The notes under the pieces: generated by a model | Database searches by the model: none | What the model saw: the letters and a program-made list of their open reading frames with translations, nothing else | What the model was told of the DNA's origin: nothing | DNA from: Callorhinchus milii | Taxonomy: Eukaryota | Direction of reading: 5' to 3' | NCBI RefSeq assembly: GCF_018977255.1 | Contig: NW_024704742.1 | Span: 48,672,001-48,736,000, forward strand | DNA: 64,000 bases | Program-made: the position numbers and the translations under genes | Shown: in pieces, positions 45,863-59,840 of the stretch | Numbering within the stretch: position 1 is the first letter of the stretch | Layout: every line of letters begins with the position of its first letter

Positions 45863-48800
45863 GGGAAAGCATAGCTTCCTTGTGTTGGAACAGAGCCGAT
45901 TAATAAGACTTCTGAACAATCGCAGTAGCTTGTTGCAGTATATCACGTTAAGATTACTTTAAAAGAGAATTTATTCTTTTAAAACTGGATAGACGCTTGA
46001 AAAAGAGAAATATTTTGTATTATTTATTATTATGATATTTATTTAATGTATAATTGTTTATATATGTTAAAGGGTATGGTGAGTGAGCAGGATTGTGGGA
46101 TTAGACAAGGTTTTTCTATGACTAAAAACACAGCACATTATGATGGGCTGAATGTTGTTGTTGAATGGCCAGTTTTTGTCTTGTGACATTACGATCTATA
46201 CTGCCACAAGCTTTTGTTAAAGCAGAGTTCCTGAAGTCTTTGAAACTTTTCAAAGATTGACACTTGGTCCAAAATATCGGTTTTAAAGGTGTAAACCTTG
46301 TGGCCACCTTCTAGAGCCATTGGGGAGGGAGTGGGGAGTTAATTTTGCAGCTTTTCTTACAATGCTTCTTGTGATCATTATCACACGGAACCATTCTGAA
46401 ATACTGCAAATTATTTACAAGTTTAGACTGCAATAAACAGGCAAACTATTGAATTAGTCGGGCACCTTAATGCGTTCCTCGTTAGATTAACATTGCTTGT
46501 TTAATTATGCAGAGGATCAATTATTGCTTAGAAACAGAAATGCTTTTGATTCAGGGTTGAAGGGATTTAAGGTCCAATGCTGTCTATAATCAACGTTTTT
46601 CTGTTTGGCTTCCATCATATGACGGATCCGTTGCTTGAATTCATTCTATACGTGTTCTAAGATTAAAATGTAGCAAAATTAATCCTAAATTTTCCAATGA
46701 CTGATTCCTATGTGTGCTGCGATACTGTTACCTCACTTACTCACAGCTTCCAAATAGGCAGCAATACTTAATCCATTCCATAAACGTCCAGAAACATTCC
46801 CCAATACTGTCCTCACCATGTAACAAACAGTGTCAATTACATATGCTAAAATGAGCCTCAATTCTTTTCAGCTAAAGGCGTTCTGACTGGAAAATAAGTC
46901 GTTTTAGTTTCAATGCTTGCAGCGATTCCTGAAAAACGTTGTTTTTGATTTTTGCAAATCACATTCGGGAGTTTTTACATATCCAATCCTAGGAACATCT
47001 CGTTTTGAAAACTCAAAGACTCAGTTCTTGGCAAGTTATGGTAATGTTCAGGATACAAGGGAAACCCCATTATAATGCCAATTGATACAGTTCTGCTTTG
47101 GGTATAACACACGTATACTGTGGATACATGCTAACCTGAAGCTTGGCACACCGTGCTATAACAGAGGTTATCTGTCTGTATAAGGCAACCTCAATTATAA
47201 GACTATTATCATGGTTATACTTGTGGGGAAATAAAAGTTTAAAAAGTGTAATACAGTTTTATAGAGCAGTCAAAACACGTTTTATAATTTTAGAGCAACA
47301 TTGTGATGAACTAAAATTATCCTAACAATCATAACAAATCTGAATTTTAAACCACTGGCAATTTAGAGAGAGTTTTGTGGAGCAAAATCTTTTGATGCTG
47401 TTGTCACGGCTTATCCTATAGTTAGTTGTGCTCCTAAAATCCTCTCCCCAGCCATGTCTTACCTTTAGTGATTGTTTTCATCACTTCTGATTTTGTTTTG
47501 GGCTGTTTCTATGTTGTTACAGTTCTGCAAATGACAATATCTTCCAGAGGGCTTTGGAAGCAAGTTTCACATTTGTAGTCAATGTTCATCGAAATTAAAA
47601 AATAAAACCAAACCCAACGTGTACAGTGAGCAATATCCCTAATATTGCCCTGCATCATTAAGCTAATAATCTCAAGTCTCTGCTTGTCAAGTCACCATTC
47701 ACATTTTCTCTTTATCTCTCCAAATGTGCTGAGGAAAGGGATTTAAGATGCAAGGATGTTGTGGTGGGAGGGTGTGGGCCTAATGCTTGCACTAATTTTG
47801 ACTTCTTCTTTGTGACTATCAAATTGCAAAATTCATAAAACATAGTTGTGAAGCCCAAGAGTCAGCAAAGGCTGAAAAAGGCTGGAAGATCCATTACAAG
47901 ATCCTGTACACTGACACTACCGTCCCTTTAAAACTATTTGTCAGAAGAAGCCAATTGTGAAAGTTCCTACTGCGTTTTTTTTAAATGTATCTGAAAATTG
48001 GCAGATGGATCATGTATGACATAGTTTTAAGTCTGTCTGTTTAAGCACATTTAGATGTACATCTGCTTTATCCATTGTTGGATCTTGTCTGTTCATTTGA
48101 ATTTTGACTCAGCTGTTAATCACTCGAAACAGCTGAGCCCAAACGGCAATAAGTCCAAAACGAAAATCTGAAGAAGTAAGACATGAAATCTCCAAAGAGA
48201 AGTCATCCTACTTTTGCATTGCACATCTTATGACCCAGAGTAGCATTCACTCACTCTTTGATTCGGGATTTAGGGACAGAGTATAATTTTCATCTGGTTG
48301 ATGAATTCAGTCTAACATTTAAAGCAATACCAGGTGAAGGGTTTGACGTAGAAGTTGTAAGCTGTTGAGGGGTGGTGACAGACACTTGGGAGTTTTGGGT
48401 TCAGTTCCTTAGATGACATGTGGTAAAAGCACATTTGAAGCATCAGATTCTGAAGTGCTCGAGGGTGGATTGTTTATTTAAATCAATACACTGAGTTGCC
48501 AACACACATACAATCTTTGATCTTTCTGTCATTTTGTACTTCTCTAGACATGGCAACATCTCATGCAATTTGATCCATTTCCACTCCCCAACTTGGCTTG
48601 ATTTGATGCCCATCCTCAACATGCACACAATATTACCTCAATATATCCATATATCACCAAACCTTCAATGTATCCAGATTACCGAGATTCCTGTATTTCT
48701 TTGTTCCCAACCCCTGTCACCTGTGTAAGTCTGAACTAAATGTTGTGGTGCCCAATTCTCAACATCTCCAGGTTTTCGGCATTGCTCTAACTTGTCTCCA

Positions 48801-48888
48801 CGAAAAGTCTGGTAATAAACTTGGGAATGTGTACATTTCTCCCAACGTCTGCATGGATAAACTCCTAGCCTGAGAAGGCAGATATAAA

Positions 48889-49155
48889 GGAGTCCTGTAG
48901 CATATTGATTAGAACACTCGCCTCGCAAGCAAGAGGACCTGGGTTCGATTCCTGGGCAGGGCGAAACGTAAAGCAAGTTTCTTTACTCTGCATGCCTCAG
49001 TTCACTTAGCAGTAAGTAGGAACCCGGTTGTTCGTCGATTGGCAGATTGCTTTTCCGGGGGTAAAAATTAGCTGCCGTATTTCGCCCCAAAAATATACAA
49101 AAATATACACTTTGCAGTATATTCTGTGAAGTGCTTCGAAACATCTTGAAAATGT
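48889..49155 (+). mobile_element. tRNA-Ala SINE, subfamily B, internally deleted
   Basis: GGAGTCCTGTAGC head; AGCAGTAAGTAGGAACCCGGTTGTT segment. Confidence 0.85.
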
Positions 49156-49184
49156 CATACTGCTACTGATACATTTTCTCTTTA

Positions 49185-49439
49185 TAATACTGTAAAGTAA
49201 TTTTGTAGGCGAAACTCGGCAGACAATTGCGCACAGCAATTGGATTGAAGTGACCAATTTGTTATTTTTTTTGAAGGAAGCAATCTGCCAATCGACTAAC
49301 AACCAGGTTCCTACTTACTGCTAGGTAAATAAAGACGTGTGGAGTAAGGACACTTGCCCAATATTTCGCCCTGCTGGGAATTGAACTCAGGTCTTTCACT
49401 TAAGAGGTGAGTGCACTAAGCACTGAGCTACAGGACTCC
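49185..49439 (-). mobile_element. tRNA-Ala SINE, subfamily B
   Basis: AATCGACTAACAACCAGGTTCCTACTTACTGCT...CTACAGGACTCC. Confidence 0.85.
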
Positions 49440-51299
49440 AATAGTGCCCCTCTCTCAGGTCCAATCCTGATAATAAGTATCCCCTTGGACAGGAAATAGC
49501 AGGGTTCCCTTGTATCCCTTGTAGCTGAACTGGCACTAATGTGACAACTTTGGCAATGGAATGTATGAATTGAGTCAATCCATTCTGATGGTCATGGTAG
49601 TCCAGTTCTTGAACCAGATGGGTCTGCAGTAATGCTGGTCACTGCTGCTGACAAAACAGCCAACCTGGCTGGTTCACAAGATTTGGAGGGGCAGAGATTG
49701 ATGTCAGCCTTTCATCTTGCTTACAAGTACAGTCACTGAATGTTACAGTAAATCTTGTGGAGCACTTTGAGGTGTTTTGATGAAGTGATAGGACACCCTA
49801 TGAAATGTAAGGATTATTATTATTATATTTGTAATCAGCAGACAAAAATGTTTGCCATGTAAATGGAGTCTGCTCAATTTTGCCAACTTGCTTTATTCAG
49901 TGCAAGATCTTATCAACCTGACTGTGGCTTTGTCCTTCACAAATAGTGCATGGTTCTCCTCCCAAACCCTGCTTAAAACTTTTGAAGCTACGAGGATCAT
50001 TAGCAAAGAGAACTAATTTATCTTAGTACACAGAGTGAGAGGTGGCTGTGCCACACACATCTACATCATCTTGGTCTGTGATTAATGTATCAAATTTTAG
50101 ATTCTTTTGTGCTGAGCTGCTCATTCCAAGAAGTCTTGCTAAAAGTTTTAATAAATAAAAGTTCAATGAGTTTTATTCTTTATCATTCTATATTTAGGGC
50201 ACTCCAGTGCAGGCATGTCTTCTTGAGTCTATTTCTAACTGATGGGCTGTCTTGGCACAGTATCAGTCCCTGCACCTTGCCAGTTTAAAAGTAGAAACTA
50301 GGCCATGGCTTCCCATATCAGTCATCAATTTAAAACATGATCTACCCTTTTGCAGTCTCCGGAACACTTACTTTATGCGTTTGCAGTCAGAAGCACAGAG
50401 CTAATAACCATCTTAAAAAACCTCCTGCAGTAATGTATCAACCAATGTATTACACAAGGTTATTTATTTTACCTAAATGTTTTCCTTTTTTTGACAAACA
50501 TGGATTTTATTTTTTGAATGAATCAAAGTCAGTGCTGTTAGCTTTGAGAATGTTCTCCAGTTCTCCACCTTAAAATATACTATTACTTCTGGTTTCTACA
50601 GCTAATAGAATTAATTTTTTTTTTTACCATCCATCCAAATTCTCCCTTTTTTCTTTAAGACTCTGACTTATGCTGGATACCTATCCATGTGTACCAGTAG
50701 TCCTGTGATATTTTGATTAAGTTTCCATTCTTCATATGTGAAACTAGATGGTCAATGTTGTCAGGTCATTTAACCATGGAATGTATCACAATTGAGTCCA
50801 ATCTTGTTCTTACACACGACCCACATGGGAGAGAGGTGTCAAAGTATTAGCAGTGGTAACTCTGGATGAATATATTTTCCCCCCGATAACCCACAAATTC
50901 TGTAAGCAATTATGATGCCCCTTATGGTCTGGCTGGGAAATTCAGCGCAAAATTGCGGTTGCATACCCGGGGCCTGAAATATATTTAAAGTTAAGGCCAA
51001 TGTCCTAAAATTTAAGATCATGTGGATATTTGCAAAACAGTCTTCAATTCTGTCTTCATTTGGAAGCCAATTTTCTGCAGTGTGCAAAAAGGAATGTGGA
51101 AAATCATCTTCCAAATTAAGACTCAATGTAAAACTGCATTCCAGATTCTGCATAAATTTTAAGACAATGTTCTTAAATCTACATGAGAGCATGAAACATT
51201 TTTGGTCCCAGATTGTCTGTAAGGTTGTCTAATAACTTTAATTACAGCCATTGGGGGAACGTGTATAACTTTTTCATCAGTATTGCTGCCTAGATTGCT

Positions 51300-51776
51300 C
51301 TGCGACCTTATCAGCCCCATCCATCCTCGCAAGACTCCACTGACTTCCCATTACACAGAGTTCAAATTCCTGGTCCTCACTTTCAAAGCCTTCCATGGCG
51401 TTGCTCCCCCCCACCTCTGCGACCTCCTAACCCCCTACCAACCTTCCCGCTCCCTCCGCTTAGCGGGCTCCAGCCTGCTTCATGTCCCCTGCCTCGCCCA
51501 CCCCATGATTGGTGGGCAGGCTTTCAGCCACTCTGCCCCCACCCTCTGGAACTCCATCTGCAGTGCTTCCAGCTCGCCCCCTCCCTTGCCTCCTTCAAGA
51601 CCCATCTCAAGACCTTCAACCATGTCTTTAGTCACCCTCCTTCCCCCCCCTGCCCTCCAACCTCCCCGATCCCGACCCTCAGCTAGGGTCTGAAACACTG
51701 ATTGTCCAGTGCCTTGAGATATCCTCCCGATGGGAAAGGCACTATACAAATGTAATTTTGTTGTTATTGTTGTTGT
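51300..51776 (+). mobile_element. L2 LINE 3' fragment
   Basis: EFKFLVLTFKAFHGVAPPHLCDLLTPYQPSRSLR...GGQAFSHSAPTLWNS; (TTG)n tail. Confidence 0.9.
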
Positions 51777-52430
51777 AGATTAATATTTTGCTGCAGTCAT
51801 AGTTTAATGGAGAAAACTGACTGTGGATTTATTCTATCAGTGCAAAGGGACTTATAGTCCGCAAGTGACTGAAGTACACATAGGAGGATCTCAGAGATCT
51901 GTCACCGATCTCCTTCTGAGCTCAACAAGATGCATAGTCCTGTCTGCTGCAATTGAATGTTTGTTTTACAAAACCATGTTTGCAGCCACAAATAGTTGAA
52001 ATCCATAAATCTTTTCACAGCATCGTCCCAAAAAGAGTTGTGAGAATGGGAGGTGCACTGCCCCAGAATTTACTAGATTCAGAATCAATTGGGATGTTCA
52101 AATGTAAATATTACCCATCGGGCTCTGCTATATCATGATTCATGGTTCTAAATCTCAAAAAGTTAACAATCCCAAATCTAATGACTCCGTAGCCCATATT
52201 CTTTCCTGCATTAGACTCCATGTGTTCATTGCTAATCTTTCAGCCACGATACCGCCATTCTCTGGAACTTTAAAAACCTAACAGTCTACCATGTGTTTTA
52301 CCCAGAAGTACAGTGATTCCATTTTACAGTATATCCTGTGAAGCCTTTGATACGTCTCAACGATGTGATAAAGTCGCTATTAGCTGAATGCAAGGATTAT
52401 TATTCTGCATTATTTGTATTGCTCCTACTT

Positions 52431-52749
52431 ATAATAATAATAATAATAATCCTTGCATTTGATATAGCGCTTTTCACGTCGGGAGGAAGTCCCAAAGCGC
52501 TTCACAGAATAGACTGTAAAGTGAATTGACTGTATATTTGTGGGCGAATGCGGCAGCCAATTGCGCACAGCAGTGTCCCACAAACAGTCGTGGATTGAAA
52601 ATGACCAATTTATTATTGTTTTGTTTTGGAGGGATTATTATTAGGCGTGTGGAGTAAGGAAACTTGCCCAAGGTTTCGCCCTGCCTGGAATTGAACTCGG
52701 GTCTCTTGCTTGCAAAGCGAGTGCTCTAACCACTGAGCTACAGGACTCC
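52431..52749 (-). mobile_element. Young tRNA-Ala SINE, subfamily A, full length
   Basis: Reverse complement of the 41976-42304 element. Confidence 0.95.
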
Positions 52750-53739
52750 AAACACTTCAACACTTACGACTTCCCTCAAGTGATTCATACCATCCCTATA
52801 AACTACTTTGAGACAATATCCTAGTGAAATGCACTATATCATTGCATCCTGTTGTTGTTATTGTGTATGATGGAGTTTAGCAGCCCAGTCTGGCCTTGCC
52901 TTGGTCGAAAGGGTTTCTGTAGAAGTTAGAATTTAATACACTAACACCTGCCATGTCAAATACACTGACGGATTTTGCAATCCAGATCCTGAAAAGTGAG
53001 CTGAGGAATATAAACTTGGAGCATTTGGAATGGATATAGAAGCTGAGTGGGAGTCATGTGAGGAGGTCAACACAAAGTGCATAAAGATATGCCTTGGGTG
53101 TGCATGAGTTCTAGGTGTATACAAGCCTTTCAGAAGAAGTTACTTTTTTTATTACATATATCAGGTGCCATATCAAATGCAAGTATTATTTTGTTATTGT
53201 CTTCGGGAAGCCAGAATTAGGATTGGTGTAGGACATCCAGGGCAGAGCTGCAAGAACAATAGCCTGGTTTGCCAGTCACCGAGTAACTGATCAGTTCCAG
53301 ATGGCACTTGCCCCTCTTTGCCAAAATGTTTGGGATGTGTCCAAAACAACTGGACTGCAGAGAACTCCACAGCAAAGGTCAAACCATTAAATTCAACCTA
53401 ATGTGAACTCAAGTTCCAAGAATCCTCAAACACAGTGGATTGAAGACATGTTCACAGACTATTTCTTATGTCTTCCGAACCATTTTAGCGTTATTTTAGT
53501 GCCTTGCATGTCAGAATATACAAACATTTACCAGTTTCAATTGCTGCTTCTGTGGATCCAGATCTTACTTTTTTTCCTTTATTCTTTGTAATTGTTACAT
53601 TTGATCCGTTCTATATTTGTTGAAAAGAACTGAATATTTGTGCTGCAGTGAAAATGTTAAAACAATTTACAAGAACAAAAATATATTTAAAGTTTTAAAA
53701 CAAGTACATTTAAGTGTACTTATGTTCCTCATTGTAGAA

Positions 53740-54140
53740 AAATGTGAAATGGTACATTTTATGAGCAAGAATAGGGAGTGGAATTATATCGTGGGTGGTA
53801 GAATTCTCAATGGAGTGGAGGAACAGAGGGCTATGGGGATATAAATACATAGTTTGTTAAAAATTGGATTGCAATAAGAGAAAGCTGTTAAAAGGGCAAA
53901 CGGAATTCTGGGATTTATTTACAGAGCCAAGGAATACAGAAGTGAGGATTTTTTATTGTTTTATTTGCTCAAAAAATATACAGTCAATTCACTTCACAGT
54001 ATATTTTGTGAAGTGCTTTGAGACGTAGTGACAGCTCTGTATCAAATGCAAGGATTATTATTTATAATAATTGATGATAAATCTGCCTATGGATATTGTT
54101 TGGTTTGCTGTTGGAATATGGGGTTCCTGTCTTGGACATA
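53740..54140 (+). mobile_element. Decayed CR1 ORF2 fragment with a SINE tail inserted
   Basis: VEKCEMVHFMSKNREWNYIVGGRILNGVEEQRAMGI...KAVKRANGILGFI matches the CR1 region also seen at 62282-62866. Confidence 0.7.
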
Positions 54141-56514
54141 TATTGCCATTTCTTAATCTTGGAGTTTGTCCCACAACAATTAAGAAACATGGTTAATGAT
54201 CCCAAGGTACTGTTTGAAAAGAAAAGGTAATTTCTCCCAATGTTCCTGGCAAATATTCCTTCAGATATAATTGGTCAGTTTCTCTGCAAATTGGCTGCTG
54301 CGTTCACCTACAAAAATATTCCAGAACTACACTTTAAAGTAAATCTGGTGAAGCGCCTTGAGATGTCTCGACAGTGTCATTAGGCGCTATATCAAATGCA
54401 AGGATTATTTATTTAACTCCCGATCCAAGAGCATTGTGAGAGGCACCAGGAGTTTAAAGAGAAGGCCATCTTTTCATGACAACCAGGTATAGGCAATAAA
54501 TACAGTGGAGGCTGGCATCGGCTCTCCTTATCTTGAGATGAGTTGCAAAAAGATCCATAATGTGAGCTCTTCATGTGCAGACACCCTTTAAAGTCCCACA
54601 AAGACATTATAATAGCAGCTTCAGGCAGGAGAAGAGTATGGGTCCCATCAGCCAAATAACTGCAGAAACCTTAAAGTGAAATGTTTGAGACCTATATTTT
54701 ATATGGAAGCAAATGCAGTATGGTTGCAAGCATCCCAGTAGAGTCCAGCACACACAAAAAAAAGGCTTTTCCCTCTGCATTGTAGTTAGTTTCCCTCCTG
54801 TGCGACAAAACAATTCCACTTTGTCTTCTGAAATAAAGCTACATTCTGTGAGAACAGAAAAAAAATTAATGTTAGCTCTGTCGGCCCCAGCTAATCTGGT
54901 CGTATAAAAAATTCTTAACAACCTACAGTGACATTTTTGCTGTGTGACTTGAATAGTATTTTTACTTTTGTTCTTCAAGCTTTCAGTTAAGACTGTAGGA
55001 GCCCATGGATTTTTCTGCAGTTCCCATTACAAAAGCATCCGCTGAATGGTTGTGTTCAGAGACGCACTTTTGAATTTTCTGGCTGATATGAATTATTCAT
55101 GAGGCAATGTTGCTTCTCAAGTTCCTCTGTGTCAGTGGCCAGTTCAAACCATCTGTGTCTTTGTGATGTAGTTAAGATGTTGTTACATAGGCTGAAATCA
55201 CGGCTGGTTATGCCGCAGTTGGCTCTTTTAGGCACAAATGGTATTTTTCACCTTTGACAATGGATTCAATGAAAGAATTTGGCTCAACATGGGAACATAG
55301 ATTTCCACTAGAAAAGCAAGTCCATCTAATCGACCTCAGAGGGAAAAAAATCATACCTCTATCGTTCTCATCTACGTATATCTCTATTGACTTATTTTGA
55401 TATAATTATTTAATTTCCTATTGAATCTGATAGCGTAATTTGTTTCCCTGGATAATTTGGTGACCCACTGTGTAAAATAATTCAATCTGAACCGACTGTT
55501 CCCCTTCTCTCATCAGAACCCGTGCCCCTTATGTACGCTCTATGGGACGCCTTCTTGATGTGAAAAGCCATATATAAATGTTAATCTGTATTGTACTATT
55601 TTTACAATGTTGTACAAGATGCCGTTGCCCTTTAAACTCAATAAAACCGATTACATGGGATTCAGCTATCCCTTCCACTGGTTCTAATGAAAGCGCTCCA
55701 GGACGCTACCCCAAGTGAAGGGCCCTATATAAGTGCAAGTTGTTGTTAATTATACACCCGAGGGCAACTGTAAATCCCTCCCTGCACATGGTTTACACAT
55801 GGTTTGCACAGTTCACATAAAAGTAGCTGCCATAGCACAGCAGATGTCCTGTAGTGCTTTGACATATACGCTGGAGAGAGCCACAGTGTCTGTAGTACCT
55901 GGAAAGGATGGGATAGCACTCCCGGCCTACAGTACTGAAAAATAAAGCCAGTGGCATAGCAACCGACTCCAGCTCTTTTTCCAACAGTGTGAAACACACA
56001 AGAGCTGACAAGTTCTGGCTAGCATGCCACCTGGTGAATAAAATGGTATTACAGTTATTTCATTGATATTTCCATCTTTCTGCACATTCCCTGCTTCTCA
56101 GAAACATATATAGTTTCAAAAACAACCGTGAAGACAATCCATGTGCGAAATCATCAAAGGTACACTATATTTGTCTCCAAATCGTACATAGGGTTTCTTG
56201 GGATTATATTATTGATCCTGGCATAAAAGGAGATAGATATCTACTCTACCTGGGTCAAATAAATAATATTAATCCTTGCCTTTGACATAGTGCCTTATCA
56301 TGTTGCGATGAGTCTCAAAGCGCTTCACAGGATTTGCTGTAAAGTGTAGTAACTGTATTTTTATAGGCGAAATGTACAAAATCTAAATTGAAAAAGGTGA
56401 TACACCCTATGCAGTAAGGAAGGGCAGCACACTCTTGTACTATCCTATTAACAGTGCATATATTGTTAAAGTGCGCACAGTCCGCACAATGTCGTCACTA
56501 CATTCTCTGTTAAA

Positions 56515-56995
56515 GCAAATAATATGCAGCACTGCACATTCTTCCATCAACTAACCTGTGAGTACATACATATATCCACCCGTTTTGGCTTTCCACAGTA
56601 AGCTGGTACACAAACTATCTCTGCCGTTCCAACACTGTGGTTTTAATCAGTACATGGCTTACTTTAGTCCTGTTCCTCTTCCAGTCTGTCATGCACTTCC
56701 AACCAATTCTGCTGGACTCAGAGGGCCTTAATGATGTTCAGGATGGTGTGTATTTGTCTTCAGTGGTGAAGCTGCAATGAAGTCACTCAATGTTGCATAA
56801 AGACTCGCTCTGTAGTCAATCAAGAGTTTAGGAACAAAAGATTGCCATGGTGATCTTTCAAGGTCAGCCATTTGTAAACAGTCTTTGAAAATATGATTGA
56901 AACATTCCATCTCCCCACATGCGCTAATAAGGATGAATGCTTGTATTCTCTCTTGTTTGAATTCGGTCAGCTCCTGGGAGGTGAAGGGCATGCCA
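56515..56995 (-). mobile_element. Ty3/Gypsy LTR-retrotransposon integrase remnant
   Basis: PFTSQELTEF.QER, GEMECFNHIFKDCLQMADLERSPWQSFV..LL.DYRASLYAT ~ integrase core PQFTS.EF..F / NGEVERFNR.LK...W....L..YRAT.HAT; downstream THRLVDGRMCSAA ~ TY.L.DGR.WNA. Confidence 0.75.
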
Positions 56996-59840
56996 CAGTG
57001 TCAGAATAATCCTTGTATTTTATAGCGCCTTAGCATGTCAAGACATCTCGAAATTCTTCACAAATAATTGATGCCAAGTGTAGTGACTGTTTTTCTGTCA
57101 GTGAACACTGCCGCGTTTTGTTCATGAGGATAGAGGAGGGAGGAAGATTGCCACTGCCCTGCATTTATGAACAACGTGATAAACATGAACATTTTGCAGA
57201 TTACATATTGCAACTTACTTTCACCTGGTTACAATTGTCATCATTACGTATCCTTGCTAAACTGTAATAAACCTGCTTCTAACAACTTTCTACAAGTGGA
57301 TACAATACATGTATATCCTCAAAACACCCCAAAGTATTTAGCCAACTTCCTGCAATATCCAGTGAAAAATAAATCAGAATAATGTGCAACTCTTTGAAAT
57401 AATATGGAATGGTTGTATAAATTCAATGTTGTAATTGGAATTTAAAGCTCTGAATTTGTTTTACAACCCTGGCAACTTCAGAATTTGAATGTGCTTTTTT
57501 GGTCAACCTTCGTTGCTTTCTGACTTGAGGCGTGCTATATAAGGAAGGAAGGACCGCCTGTGTTTTATTTGCTGATACAGGGTCAGTTGATTAAAGCAAA
57601 CACATTAAATACCGTTTGTTTGAGCAGTGAGGTCCACAGAGAGCAATCTAAATACTAGTGCTGGACTGTATTCTCTGTGAACTAGACTTTTATATCAAAA
57701 TACGTAATTTTTTAAAAAAGGTTATGGTACAAGAGGGGAAGTTCTGTATAACAACCTCCCTAGCTTTTCCTGACATTAAGAATGTGAATGTGTTGTCGTT
57801 TTGTGTTATTCTGTCATGCAGACTGTGCTGTAATAGTACCAAAATGCTTGTTATAAATTCACAGTACTTCCCTCCTGGACATGATTTATAGTTGAACTGC
57901 TCCACAGGAGCTATTTCTCTCCCACCCCCAAGGAGAATGCAGAATTGCTGCAGAAGTGAAACTTTTGTTTTTGATATGACGTATGTAACTTGGCCCACTT
58001 CACAGTCAGGATACTGCAGTACTGCCGTTTGAATATTTTTGAGGCATTGGGATTTGCTTTGAGCATTTTAGTCTTTTGTAAAGAATTCTGGGAGGGCTTC
58101 ACTGAAGATGAAGGAAATACTGAAAGGGGGGAAAAAAATAATTTTTATACTTTGTAATAGTTTTGTCGAGAGCTTAACTTGATCACCAATTTCAGCTTTT
58201 AGCAAATTAATTCAGAGAGTTGATGACTTTTCCTTTCTCCCCTTGCTTCCCCTTTTGATTGCTTACAAAAAAGTCACTACATTTTTCAGTATATCCAATA
58301 AAGCACATTGAGACACTCTCCCAAAATGAAAGGTGCTCTACCAGATGGAAGATCTATGTAAGATGTTACAAAGCTCCAGTGCTTTGAACAGTGAAGTAAA
58401 TCCAGTCTTAAAAGCGTTCTGCAGACTGAAAGAAAATAGGTCAACTTGTGTTTCTTAGCATTTGAATGAACTTAAATTGGGGTGCATCGAAAAACAGCAA
58501 AAAATTAGATCTAGAGATTTAAGAATAATAAGAAAAAGATAAAATCACACAGTCAGTCATATTGCATTTTTTTAAAAACACGTTCTGTTTGCTGAGGGAG
58601 AGTGCACCGTTGCATGTAGAAATGGAAATAAATAAGGGTCTAATTTGTAATATTTCTTCAAGAAGATTACTCAATAAAGAATGCTGGTAGAGTTCATGGT
58701 CACCTATGGAAACTGTTTAAAAGTAGATCCCTTCACAACCAAGATCCTGCAGGTTGGCTTGATGTACTTCTGGTTACTGTTGAGAATCTTTTACACACCC
58801 AACAGCAACTTGTATCTTTAATAGTTTTATTAAAATACCTGGTAATGGAACATGACCGCTTTTAACTTTGTTCTAAATATACAGTAAATGTTCAAATAAT
58901 TACAAAGCTCAGCTACTCATGAATTATGTTTCTGGACTCCCTGCCCCTCAGGCAAGACTGTTCTTTATGGAGAACAAATTAAACACTGAGACTGGAATGA
59001 GACTCTGACAGAGCGAGTTTCAAAATTAGAAATTAACATTAATTATAGAGTTCCCGGTACCAGTGATCAACAAGAGCACAGCAGAATGTGGAAGGGTGAA
59101 AAACATTTGACCTATCAAGCCATTGCTTCCACAGACTATGTATAATTTACTGTATCATGGATGATACTCAACTAACCCAAAATCTCTGAGAGAAGCAGCA
59201 AACATATAACAAACCATAGGTACCCTCTCATAAGCACAAAAAGATCTGTAATATTCCCAAGTGAAACTTCAGCATATCAGCCCACCCACAAAGAACTCAT
59301 CTCTTGAACTCTGATCAGTTGATTTTGTAATGGTTAGATGTGCCTGTGGGCGTTCTGGAAGGGTAGATCAAATGGGCTGAAGGTCCTTCTTTATCCAAAC
59401 CTCTCCTACAATCTTGTGAGCTGTGATCACAAATGTCCCTGAACTTCTATGGTTCCAGTAGCGCCTTGTGTCCTATAATAATAACAATAATCCTTTGATT
59501 TTGTGCCTTTTCTGTCAGGAGGATATCCCAAAGCACTCGACAGGATGTATTGTACAGAAAACACTATCTGTTTCTATATTTGATCGTTATTGTCCTCAGT
59601 TTTGTTCTTACATTAATATTTATCCAGCTCATCTTTCTAAAAGGAGTTGATGAATGTAGTATTTATAAGAGCCTAATCCACTAATGGGAGAGGAGACATT
59701 TTCTTTAATTTTATTTCAAGCTTGTTAATTATGTATGAATCCATCAGTTCTGCGATGATAACCAAGTTTAATAATCATGTTTATTGTTATGTCTTTCAAT
59801 GCACAATATTGTGTTATGTAAGATTAATCCAAACCAATAA

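Noticed and set aside
47086..47175. Possible Tigger-like MITE (TACAG...TATAAC / GCTATAACAGAGGTT..CTGT)
   Set aside because: TIR match too degenerate to support without a family consensus
54607..54860. Minus-strand exon after the strong acceptor TTTTTTTTCTGTTCTCACAG
   Set aside because: No good downstream donor and no recognisable peptide
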